Assembly: GCA_024654535.1 (NCBI GenBank)
Contig: JANLHL010000016.1
Coordinates: forward strand, 160,626 to 224,625
From: Candidatus Roizmanbacteria bacterium
GTDB lineage: Bacteria > Patescibacteriota > Microgenomatia > UBA1406
Direction of reading: 5' to 3'
Length of the DNA stretch: 64,000 nucleotides
Position numbers and translations under genes: made by a program
The notes under the pieces: generated by a model
The model's input: the letters and a program-made list of their open reading frames with translations, nothing else
The model's database searches: none
Told to the model about the DNA's origin: nothing
Shown: positions 29,354 to 37,450 of the stretch, piece after piece
Layout: each line of letters begins with the position of its first letter
Position numbering within the stretch: position 1 is the first letter of the stretch

Positions 29354-30366
29354 CTAAATTACTAGTAACATTGTTTCGGTTAGTCAGTGCACAAATAAGG
29401 AAGTACAGAATATATTACTTACTTATCTGCATTTTATTATTACCCATATATTTTTTATCTCCAATAAAAATATATACAGTACTATTATTGATATTTCTAT
29501 TTTGGTTTCTTTCAATAGCAAACTATCGTGTTGCGCATTATATTTCCTTTACTCCAGTATTACTATTTATTTCTCTTTGTCCAATTTTTCTTTTATTTGG
29601 GAATAGCGTTGCGGCAGAAAAATCCTCAATATTAGCGTATCTTTTATTGATCTCCGGACTTGTCTATTCGTTGACAATCCAATTATTTTATACTAATGAA
29701 ATTATAGAATATGATGAACTTATAACAGAGTTTATGCGCAGTACTAAAGCACTAGTACCTATCAAAGCTGAATATAATAAACTCCAGAGAATTATTAGCA
29801 AAATTTTAAAAAAATTACTAAATACAAATCCACAAACCGCACTTGATTACATACTAAACTTGATGAAAATTATACTGTTACTGTCAGTAACAGTATTTGT
29901 TTTATCTTTTTCAGCAAATATAATTAGTGGGTTCATAAAATATGCACTTGTCATACAAAGAGCTGAACAAAAGAGAAATACCAGGCTATCACTTAATCCA
30001 AACATAGACAAAGTTGAGCCATATTTGGTATATTCTGGAAATAAAGTAATTATTTATGGAAAAAGATTTGGTTGGAAAGGAGGTGAAAATGTTTTACTTA
30101 CAAAGGGAAATGAAACTATTATTACCGAACTTTGGACTGATACAAAAATAATTTTTACTGTCCCTTTGGGGTGGAAGCCGGGAAATATTCCGTTAGTTAT
30201 TAGAAAGCAAATACATTGGGAAAGAAAAAATACTTATGCAGAGAGCAAAAAAGTGTCAATTAAATTATTGAAAAGTACTGGTAAAATTAATACAGATGAC
30301 GACGCTTATTTTGAGCAACTCAAAACATTGTCACCTGAAACGTTAAAAATGAATGGCTATGAATAA
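29350..30366 (+). CDS. Membrane protein with C-terminal IPT/TIG-like beta domain
   Basis: Several N-terminal TM helices. C-terminus VEPYLVYSGNKVIIYGKRFGWKGGENVLLTKGNETIITELWTDTKIIFTVPLGWKPGNIPLVI matches the IPT/TIG pattern. ATGA overlap. Confidence 0.5.
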   Translation: MTKLLVTLFRLVSAQIRKYRIYYLLICILLLPIYFLSPIKIYTVLLLIFLFWFLSIANYRVAHYISFTPVLLFISLCPIFLLFGNSVAAEKSSILAYLLLISGLVYSLTIQLFYTNEIIEYDELITEFMRSTKALVPIKAEYNKLQRIISKILKKLLNTNPQTALDYILNLMKIILLLSVTVFVLSFSANIISGFIKYALVIQRAEQKRNTRLSLNPNIDKVEPYLVYSGNKVIIYGKRFGWKGGENVLLTKGNETIITELWTDTKIIFTVPLGWKPGNIPLVIRKQIHWERKNTYAESKKVSIKLLKSTGKINTDDDAYFEQLKTLSPETLKMNGYE

Positions 30367-31177
30367 AATACCACCACTATCAATAATCATTGCAACCTAT
30401 GGGCGGGGAAAAGATGCATATGTTCTTGCCCAAAAATGCATAAATGCAGTACCAAATTGTGAAGTTATAATTGTTGAACAGCCAGTAGGTGATAGTTATT
30501 CGCTCCTAGAAAAATCAAGTGAAAATGTGTGTATAGTTCATCAAGAAAAAGCCAATCTACCCGCAGCACGAAATAGGGGAGTGCGTTTAGCGAAGTCAAA
30601 CATTGTTCTTTTTTTAGATGATGATGTTCAGATATCAAAACAAGCGCTACAAGCGCATATAGATGCATACAAAAAAGACAATAAACTAGGTGGCGTTGCT
30701 GGGCGAGTACTGAATGAAAATGATCCAAAAGATTCACCCATAGCTCCAGTTGGCACAGCGAACAATTCGGGAACTATATTTCATCAAAACTTTTACAGTA
30801 CGAAAAAACAAAACGTACAGTTTGTCTACGGATGTAACATGTCATTCAAAAAAACAGCAATAGAAAAGGCAGGTTACTTTGATGAAAAGTTTCCACCGCT
30901 TTTTGAAGAAATAGACTTATCAGCGCGAATTAGTAAAAACTCTCCAATACTTTTTGAGCCAGAAGCACTTGCTATACACTTAAAAAAACAGACTGGCGGC
31001 GTACGGCAAGATAGCTCGAAAGTGTTTACAATGTACTATCAGGCTTACGGGCGATTTGTTAAGAAACATGTTTCATATGTATTACTTTTTTATACAGTTC
31101 CTGTGGTAATTATGCGCGCTTTTCGGGAAAGCGGGAGTAGGGGAGTAATGGCATTTATAAACGGCTTATTGAACTAA
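30353..31177 (+). CDS. GT2 glycosyltransferase
   Basis: LSIIIATYGRGKDAYVL, ARNRGVRLA and FLDDDVQ motifs. Confidence 0.8.
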   Translation: MAMNKIPPLSIIIATYGRGKDAYVLAQKCINAVPNCEVIIVEQPVGDSYSLLEKSSENVCIVHQEKANLPAARNRGVRLAKSNIVLFLDDDVQISKQALQAHIDAYKKDNKLGGVAGRVLNENDPKDSPIAPVGTANNSGTIFHQNFYSTKKQNVQFVYGCNMSFKKTAIEKAGYFDEKFPPLFEEIDLSARISKNSPILFEPEALAIHLKKQTGGVRQDSSKVFTMYYQAYGRFVKKHVSYVLLFYTVPVVIMRAFRESGSRGVMAFINGLLN

Positions 31178-31269
31178 TACACAAACATCTGCGCATCACT
31201 CTGATTATTATTTCGTCGGCTATTTTTGTAACATCTCTTATTCTTCATTTCCACAATGCGCTTCTGTAT

Positions 31270-32418
31270 ATGCCAAACCATGGCTTTGACGGATCAGGGC
31301 ATGTGTACTATGCGCAGTACATAGCACAACACGGCACACTACCCGATCCAAACCACTGGGAAACACATCAACCACCGCTGTACTATATAATAGGTGCAGC
31401 ATTTATGCGCATGGGCGCAATGAACATAAAAGCCTTGCAATTTGTAAACCCACTTTTGTTTTTCATACTTGTGTACGTTTCTTTTTTAGGTCTGAAAAAA
31501 ACCTTTGGCATGACTGCGCCAACATACATAGGTACACTTGCCGTAGTAGCACTGCCCATGTTAAATATCTTTCCCCCCATGGTAACGAACGAATTTTTAA
31601 ATGCGCTTTTGATAACCGCAAGTTTCACAACAGCACTCTACATAGCACATGCAAAAAGTAAACAAGATTTTTGGCGACTGCTTATGCTTTGGATAGTTAT
31701 TACAACGCTAGGGTTTTATACAAAGATAAGCATTTTCACGGCAATTCCATCACTCGTTGTTGCACTTTTTATACAAGCACGGGATAAAAAACCAATGTAC
31801 TCTATGAAAAAATTCATCGTCTTCTGTATTCTGAGTATCAGCTTTGTATGTGCAATTGCATACCCGATTTATCTTCGCACTCCAAAAAATTCTCCGACCA
31901 ATGTAGCAAATGTGGCATCTATAAAATCGCGAAGACCCCTAAGCTTCTACTATCGCATGGACTGGCTAGGACGCGTTGACATGTTCAACGCGCAATACTA
32001 TTCTTTTATAGGAGGGAGCTGGAACAGCTTTTGGCAAGACGGTCACAACGCCATTACTCCTTTTGTTTCTTTTCATAAAAAAGTTCTTGTGTTATGGAGT
32101 CTTGGTTTTATTTTGTTTCCACTGTCGCTCTATGGATGGCATGTTCTGTGGAAAAAACATCGTACAGCCGCACTGGTGATAGGGAGCTACGGTGTAACTG
32201 CCTTGGTGATATATACGCTCTTCAATACACGGGGAAGCCACTACTCAGCTGTTCGCTTAACCTACGTTATGCCTATTGCAATTGTGTATGCGTTTGGTAT
32301 TGCTGGTGCCGCGACACATAAGAAGCTTCGCTGGCTGCTAACAGTACTGCTGTTTATTCAATATGCGGTTATGGTAAGCCATTTTTGGATACAACCCTGG
32401 TGGCATGTAACAAGGTAG
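31270..32418 (+). CDS. GT-C-like membrane glycosyltransferase; N-terminus probably lies upstream of the annotated ATG
   Basis: Polytopic ORF. The same frame is open from 31141 and encodes KRLIELIHKHLRITLIIISSAIFVTSLILHFHNALLY (a typical first TM helix) with no ATG/GTG/TTG codon. Confidence 0.55.
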   Translation: MPNHGFDGSGHVYYAQYIAQHGTLPDPNHWETHQPPLYYIIGAAFMRMGAMNIKALQFVNPLLFFILVYVSFLGLKKTFGMTAPTYIGTLAVVALPMLNIFPPMVTNEFLNALLITASFTTALYIAHAKSKQDFWRLLMLWIVITTLGFYTKISIFTAIPSLVVALFIQARDKKPMYSMKKFIVFCILSISFVCAIAYPIYLRTPKNSPTNVANVASIKSRRPLSFYYRMDWLGRVDMFNAQYYSFIGGSWNSFWQDGHNAITPFVSFHKKVLVLWSLGFILFPLSLYGWHVLWKKHRTAALVIGSYGVTALVIYTLFNTRGSHYSAVRLTYVMPIAIVYAFGIAGAATHKKLRWLLTVLLFIQYAVMVSHFWIQPWWHVTR

Positions 32419-32426
32419 GAATAGGG

Positions 32427-32488
32427 AATATCCAATTTCAAATATCCAATATCCAATAAAATCAAAATGACCAAATTAAAATGTCCAA
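32427..32488 (-). repeat. Heptamer array, reverse orientation
   Basis: aatatccaatttcaaatatccaatatccaataaaatcaaaatgaccaaattaaaatgtccaag. Confidence 0.9.
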
Positions 32489-32588
32489 GAAAACTAATAA
32501 TATAAAAGGTCATTGGAAAAGGGCAGAAGAGTAATTTTGTAGAGCATATGCGATAGTCTGTGTTTAAACTACATGTAAACTAAGAATC

Positions 32589-32921
32589 ATGTATGACCTG
32601 GAATCGAGAACAACTACGCTTGGACAAAATATAGTCGCATTCGTAAAAAAGCTTCCACGTAATCAGATTACCGATTCATTACTGATACAACTTATTCGTG
32701 CAGGAACTAGTATTGGCGCAAACTACTGTGAAGCAGATGGCGCAATGACAAAGGCTGATTTTAAAAATAAGATAACAATCTGTCGCAAAGAAGCAAAGGA
32801 GACTCGCTACTGGCTACGCGTAGTATGTTCAACATATCCTGGTCTTGAGAATAAGACAGATCTCCTTATACAAGAAGTTAGAGAATTGATATTCATATTC
32901 TCCGCGATTCTTAAAAAGTAA
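32589..32921 (+). CDS. Four-helix-bundle protein (23S rRNA intervening-sequence protein / Avd-like family)
   Basis: 110 aa. LLIQLIRAGTSIGANYCEADGAMTKADFKNKITICRKEAKETRYWLRVV is the hallmark core (S-x-x-A-N-I-x-E-G ... E-x-x-Y-W-L) of this family. TAAACT 32576-32581 lies 7 nt before ATG. Confidence 0.85.
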   Translation: MYDLESRTTTLGQNIVAFVKKLPRNQITDSLLIQLIRAGTSIGANYCEADGAMTKADFKNKITICRKEAKETRYWLRVVCSTYPGLENKTDLLIQEVRELIFIFSAILKK

Positions 32922-32925
32922 CTTT

Positions 32926-33067
32926 TTATTGGAAATTGGATATTGGATATTTATTGGGCTTTGGATATTGGATATTGGGTATTAACTTGATATTTGTCAT
33001 TGGGATTTTGTCATTCAATTGCCATTTGTCATTTGAACTTGGACATTTATTAGATATTGGATATTGG
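32926..33067 (+). repeat. Heptamer array, forward orientation
   Basis: tttattggaaattggatattggatatttattgggctttggatattggatattgggtattaacttgatatttgtcattgggattttgtcattcaattgccatttgtcatttgaacttggacatttattagatattggatattgg. Confidence 0.9.
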
Positions 33068-33072
33068 CTTTG

Positions 33073-33134
33073 CCCGCCGAAGCTCGACGAAGCGAATCTC
33101 GCCTACGCACAAGGCATCGGCGAGCGAAGGCGGG
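33073..33134. repeat. GC-rich imperfect hairpin appended to the heptamer array
   Basis: cccgcc (33073-33078) ... ggcggg (33129-33134), with inner ctcgcc (33098-33103) / ggcgag (33119-33124). Shares the words CTCGCC/GGCGAG/CGACGAAGC with the other GC cores. Confidence 0.7.
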
Positions 33135-33163
33135 ATATTGGGGTTTCTCTATCTATCCCATAG

Positions 33164-33172
33164 TGTTATAAT
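33164..33172 (+). promoter_or_regulatory. Extended -10 box TGtTATAAT, 5 nt before ATG 33178
   Basis: tgttataat at 33164-33172, spacer atctc, then ATG. No SD. Confidence 0.5.
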
Positions 33173-33177
33173 ATCTC

Positions 33178-34278
33178 ATGGCAACACCCGATAATGGCAG
33201 CGAACTCGTAACGCATCTCACAGATAAAGACTATATTCGATATGCACGCCATGAACTCGCATTGTTCGAAAAAGCAGCAATAGCTTTAAAAGGTAATCTA
33301 AATATCTTTGATCTGACGCATGCTACTACAGATCATGAGCTTGATGCAGCTTTGCTGTGTCATAGAGCAGCTGCTCGCTTTTTGCCGCCAGCAAGGAAAG
33401 GTGATGTATTTTTTGGAGAAGACTCGATAAATTTACTATCGTCAGAAATGTATACGACAGCTCAAATGTACAGATTACGTGGCTATCCATTTCCCATAGC
33501 AGGAAATATAGGGCTTATAGGTTCGGGAACAGCGATTCCAGAAGTTATTGGATTATCAAGACAAATTCAAGTTAGGGATCCATCCCTATTTCAGTTCGCT
33601 CTCAGTAATATCGCACAAGCATATAGGGATGCTCATCCTGCATACCTGTTTGACGAAAACTTTTTTAGAACGACTGATGAGGTTTCACAAACTGTTGGTT
33701 TAACCGCCACAACAAATAGAAGGCTCAATTTTTTTGCATTTGATCCTGGTCAATCTCAACAAACAGTGGGGGAACTAAGACGCAAATTTGCACCTGGCCA
33801 AAGAGTGGAATTTAAACGTGAAACGTTAAATTGGTTTCTCAATTCTCAAAAGTCAGGGTTTTCCGGCCTTGTTTGGAATAGAGCAGACCCAGCAGTACTT
33901 TTTAATGGAGAAAGTTTTGGTAGAAAAACAACTGGAATATTGTCTGTAAAGAATCCAACACCAGCGCTTTTTGGAGCGATATTTTCTGAAGAACTAATAA
34001 CGGTAGATAGACTTGTGACTAATCTCATGCGAAAGCTACTTCCTGGTGGTGCCTGCTATATTACTGTTGGTCTGGGTAATCTTATAGATAGTGATGTCGA
34101 ATATGATATGCGGAGGATTTTTACATCACTTTTAGTAGGTGCTGGTCAATCTAGTCAATATTGCAGTGTGGCAGAAATGTTTCCCATTACCAAAAATAAC
34201 GAAATACGAAACCTCATGCCCCAGGCAAGTACATGGTGCGCATATCTACAAAAACCAAGCCGTCCTCCAAGAAAATAG
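33178..34278 (+). CDS. Hypothetical protein (possible divergent Rossmann/methyltransferase-like fold)
   Basis: 366-aa ORF with no clear family. NIGLIGSGTAIPEVIGL, FFAFDPGQS and LLPGGACYITV loosely resemble methyltransferase motifs I, II and post-III. Confidence 0.6.
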   Translation: MATPDNGSELVTHLTDKDYIRYARHELALFEKAAIALKGNLNIFDLTHATTDHELDAALLCHRAAARFLPPARKGDVFFGEDSINLLSSEMYTTAQMYRLRGYPFPIAGNIGLIGSGTAIPEVIGLSRQIQVRDPSLFQFALSNIAQAYRDAHPAYLFDENFFRTTDEVSQTVGLTATTNRRLNFFAFDPGQSQQTVGELRRKFAPGQRVEFKRETLNWFLNSQKSGFSGLVWNRADPAVLFNGESFGRKTTGILSVKNPTPALFGAIFSEELITVDRLVTNLMRKLLPGGACYITVGLGNLIDSDVEYDMRRIFTSLLVGAGQSSQYCSVAEMFPITKNNEIRNLMPQASTWCAYLQKPSRPPRK

Positions 34279-34305
34279 TTCGACTTATCGCTCGTGTATT
34301 CTGAT

Positions 34306-34405
34306 TAATATTTGATATTTGACATTGGGATTTGGACATTTATTTGATATTTGACATTTGAACTTTGACATTTGACATTTATTTGATATTGGTTATTGGA
34401 TATTT
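34306..34405 (+). repeat. Heptamer array, forward orientation
   Basis: taatatttgatatttgacattgggatttggacatttatttgatatttgacatttgaactttgacatttgacatttatttgatattggttattggatattt. Confidence 0.9.
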
Positions 34406-34421
34406 AGTTTATAATTACCCT

Positions 34422-35714
34422 ATGCACAAACGCTCCGCATTCATTATCACCCTCATATTTGGCCTTACCTCTGTCGCAAATATTGCTGCACAAATAGTCA
34501 TTGCGCGCGTATTTGGTATTTCACTCGAACTCGATGCATTTTTAATCGCAGTAGCACTGCCAACGATGATAATAGCTGTTTCATACGCCAGTATAAACGA
34601 TACATTCCTACCGCAATATAGCACAGCAAAGCACACAGACGAAGCACGCAAAGTTGCAGGTTCATGGGTACGCACAATAGCCGTACTAGCAGCAAGCTTG
34701 AGCTTGCTCTTCTTTCTTTTCCCACGTGAAATACTGACCCTCTTATTTTCGACAGTATCAGAGCAATCGTACCAGTACCTTCAGATACTTGCGCCTGCGT
34801 GTTTCTTTGGCATGCTGACGGCATTGTTTATGAGTATTAGCTACAGTCATAAGCATTTCTTACTACCTCCTCTCGTACAGCTTGTGGGGGCCACTATAAA
34901 TATTGCCCTTATTTGGTTCTTATTCCCATATGTTGGAGGGCTTGCGCTCCCTTTTGCTTTTGTTGGCAACTATGTGCTCCAATTTCTCTTCGTTGTCAGT
35001 AACATACGCTATGCAAATTTAAAAGCAAGCCTCGTATCATTTCCTCAACTATTGCCGCTTTTTATACTTTTTGGCACGTATTTGCTCATGCGCACCGACA
35101 CGCTGCTCTTACGATTCGCAAGCGTAGGCTTGGGTACAGGGGCTGTGAGCTTGGTAAACTACAGCGCGCGCATGATGAGCATGCCCAGCGGTCTTATAAC
35201 CTCGGGTATAAAAGTTATTTTACTACCACTCTTGGCCGAAACAGTGCGCAATAACAATACGAGTCGCTTTTCTTCTCTCTATACAAAAGCAATACTTTTT
35301 GCACTACTACTGACAATTATTGCTGTCGTTACAATGGTAATCATCTCACTGCCGCTTCTTAAAATTCTCTTTGTCAGAGGTAAGTTTACCTTTGCTGACG
35401 CGATACAGGTGAATACTCTTATACCGTGGTTTATACCTGCAGCACTTGGCTGGGGACTCTTTGAAATTGCAAGCGCTCCTTTTTTTGCAGTGAAGAAGTA
35501 TGTACCAGTTGCGCTTACCACTACATGCAGTTTTCTCATATCACTCGCAGTTATTTTTCTATTCAAGCAAACACTCGGTGTGTATACAGCAGCTCTCGCA
35601 ACGGGGAGCTTATTGGGAGTCAATACCGTTTTGTTACTTGTGGTATGGCAGGTAAATAAGGGGAAATACATGGAGGAGAAGAATATCCAATATCAAATAT
35701 CCAATGTCAAATAA
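34422..35714 (+). CDS. murJ: Lipid II flippase MurJ (MviN family, MOP superfamily)
   Basis: N-terminus SVANIAAQIVIARVFGISLELDAFLIAVALP matches the MurJ signature (R..G....DAF..A..lP), with about 14 TM helices. ATG 34422 preferred, because track start 34365 translates the array. TATAAT 34410-34415 lies 6 nt upstream. Confidence 0.8.
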   Translation: MHKRSAFIITLIFGLTSVANIAAQIVIARVFGISLELDAFLIAVALPTMIIAVSYASINDTFLPQYSTAKHTDEARKVAGSWVRTIAVLAASLSLLFFLFPREILTLLFSTVSEQSYQYLQILAPACFFGMLTALFMSISYSHKHFLLPPLVQLVGATINIALIWFLFPYVGGLALPFAFVGNYVLQFLFVVSNIRYANLKASLVSFPQLLPLFILFGTYLLMRTDTLLLRFASVGLGTGAVSLVNYSARMMSMPSGLITSGIKVILLPLLAETVRNNNTSRFSSLYTKAILFALLLTIIAVVTMVIISLPLLKILFVRGKFTFADAIQVNTLIPWFIPAALGWGLFEIASAPFFAVKKYVPVALTTTCSFLISLAVIFLFKQTLGVYTAALATGSLLGVNTVLLLVVWQVNKGKYMEEKNIQYQISNVK

Positions 35715-35760
35715 ATGACAAAGTTCAAGTGACAAATGGCAAATAAATAAGAAAATCCAA
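35682..35760 (-). repeat. Heptamer array, reverse orientation
   Basis: aatatccaatatcaaatatccaatgtcaaataaatgacaaagttcaagtgacaaatggcaaataaataagaaaatccaa. Overlaps the last codons of murJ. Confidence 0.9.
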
Positions 35761-37131
35761 ATGGCAAAAATAATCAAAAAATACCTACCTATAACCTTAA
35801 TATTACTGGCTGCTACATTTCTGCGCTTTTATCGCTTGAAAGATTTTTTTCCGTACACCATCGATGAAGAATACTTGTCGCAACTTGCCTGGACAATTGT
35901 GCACGATTTCCATGTTATTTGGATCGGAGTGAGCGCAGGCAGTACAAACTTTTATTTAGGCCCTGGATATATATATGTCACCGCATTTCTCTTGTGGATA
36001 GGGAGGGGGAATCCACTCGCACTTGCATACTGGGTATCGTTTATTGGAGTTGCAACGGTTTTCAGCATGTGGTGGATAGTGAAAAAAGCTATAACACCGA
36101 AAGCCGCTCTTATCGCTTCATCGATCTATGGTTTTTCATACTTTATTGCTCTGTATGACCGCCATTTCTGGCCACCAATCGTAAGTTTCACACTACTGTG
36201 GATGGCGTATTTTTTATGGGAAGCGCGCAAGGATACACGCTGGCTTATACCATTTTTTTTCGTTCTTGGAGTAAGTTTACATTTGCATTTATCACTTTTC
36301 GTTTGCGCCCCTATCGCACTATGGGTAGTTCTACGAAATAGAAAACAACTACGTCTTAGCACGATACTACTATATGTCATAAGCTATGTACTGGCAGTAA
36401 GCCCGCTTATTGTCTATGATTTTGTCCACAATTTCGACAATCTGCGAGCACCTTTTTTAATGCTTTCTCATAGTTCAGGTGGTTCTCTCAACCTAGTCCC
36501 TCGACTTTCTACTATGTTGATTGTTGTGAGTAAAATAGTAGATCCAGCCACTTCAACCGTCTTTTTGGGAACGATACTTGTTCTGTTTTGTGCACTAGGA
36601 GTCTTTGCTCTTCGAAAAAAAATACCCAGCTTTATTGCACTTTCTCTAGCAACGTTCGGTTTGTTAACAGTACTTTTTTTCATCTACCCAGGGCGAGTTG
36701 AAGAATACTATCTTATCGGCACGTTTCCATTCATAGCAGTTCTTTTTTCCTATGTATTACAAAGCTTCGTTCCACAGAAACCACTCATCTTTTTGCTTAG
36801 CATATTTCTCGTCTCAAGTATTTTTATGCTCGCGACCACAAAACCTCTTTACAACGCTTACTCACAGAAAGAAAAAGTAATTGAAGCAATTAAAAAAATA
36901 ACAAAAAATGAGCCTATACTTTTAAATACTAAAGGCCCTTACGTATTCGACGGAGGGTGGCATTTTCTCTTTACACAAGCAGGTATTCCGGTTACACAAG
37001 GATCCTCAAGCGAAATGTACAACTGGATATACACACAGTACTATACCCCTCCAACAAGAGCTGTCTACACAGTGATTCTAGAAAATAAAGATGGAGGAGT
37101 AAAGTATACGATAAACCCAAATATCCAATAA
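35761..37131 (+). CDS. GT-C membrane glycosyltransferase (ArnT/PMT-like)
   Basis: Polytopic. First loop FPYTIDEEYLSQLAWTI (DEE). The 3' end runs into the next array. Confidence 0.7.
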   Translation: MAKIIKKYLPITLILLAATFLRFYRLKDFFPYTIDEEYLSQLAWTIVHDFHVIWIGVSAGSTNFYLGPGYIYVTAFLLWIGRGNPLALAYWVSFIGVATVFSMWWIVKKAITPKAALIASSIYGFSYFIALYDRHFWPPIVSFTLLWMAYFLWEARKDTRWLIPFFFVLGVSLHLHLSLFVCAPIALWVVLRNRKQLRLSTILLYVISYVLAVSPLIVYDFVHNFDNLRAPFLMLSHSSGGSLNLVPRLSTMLIVVSKIVDPATSTVFLGTILVLFCALGVFALRKKIPSFIALSLATFGLLTVLFFIYPGRVEEYYLIGTFPFIAVLFSYVLQSFVPQKPLIFLLSIFLVSSIFMLATTKPLYNAYSQKEKVIEAIKKITKNEPILLNTKGPYVFDGGWHFLFTQAGIPVTQGSSSEMYNWIYTQYYTPPTRAVYTVILENKDGGVKYTINPNIQ

Positions 37132-37398
37132 CCAATATCCAATAAATGTCAAATGACAAAGTCCTAATGACAAACCCGCCTGCCCGCTTCGACGCGAGGC
37201 GAGCCGGCGAGGCAGGTAAAGTTCAAAATCCCAATATCAAAAATAGTCGTCATTGCGAGGAACCCGCCTAAGGCGGGGACGAAGCAATCTAATCTGGAGA
37301 GATTGCCACACTCAACTTCGTTTCGCTCGCAATGACAAGGTTATTGGGCATTGGAACTTTGTCATTTATTTGATATTGGATATTTGAACTTTGACATT
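37119..37398. repeat. Composite palindromic element A (reverse heptamers - GC hairpin - reverse heptamers - GTCATTGCGAG hairpin - forward heptamers)
   Basis: Layout: 37119-37173 reverse words, 37175-37216 cccgcctgcc...ggcgaggcagg, 37217-37245 reverse words. 37248-37338 forms a stem tcgtcattgcgag / ctcgcaatgacaa enclosing cccgcc-taa-ggcggg (37263-37277) and gcaatct / agattgc (37284-37290 / 37300-37306). 37339-37398 carries forward words. Homologous to 44437-44726. Confidence 0.9.
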
Positions 37399-37450
37399 AA
37401 CAAGTTATTTGTTTTTCACAGCTTTTTTCAGTCTATGATAGACTAGTTTT

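Noticed and set aside
32589-32921. Diversity-generating retroelement suggested by the Avd-like four-helix-bundle gene
   Set aside because: No reverse transcriptase ORF and no template/variable repeat pair could be seen anywhere in the window. A lone four-helix-bundle gene is not sufficient.
32936-33163. 75-aa ORF MDIGYLLGFGYWILGINLIFVIGILSFNCHLSFELGHLLDIGYW...
   Set aside because: It is simply the translation of the forward heptamer array and GC hairpin. Its periodic low-complexity peptide mirrors the 7-nt DNA words, and there is no independent coding signal.
32427-37398. Integron-type cassette array
   Set aside because: No integrase is present. The inter-gene repeats are low-complexity heptamers rather than attC sites with R/L boxes. 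One 'cassette' is murJ, normally a core gene. This is kept only as an organisational analogy in the findings.
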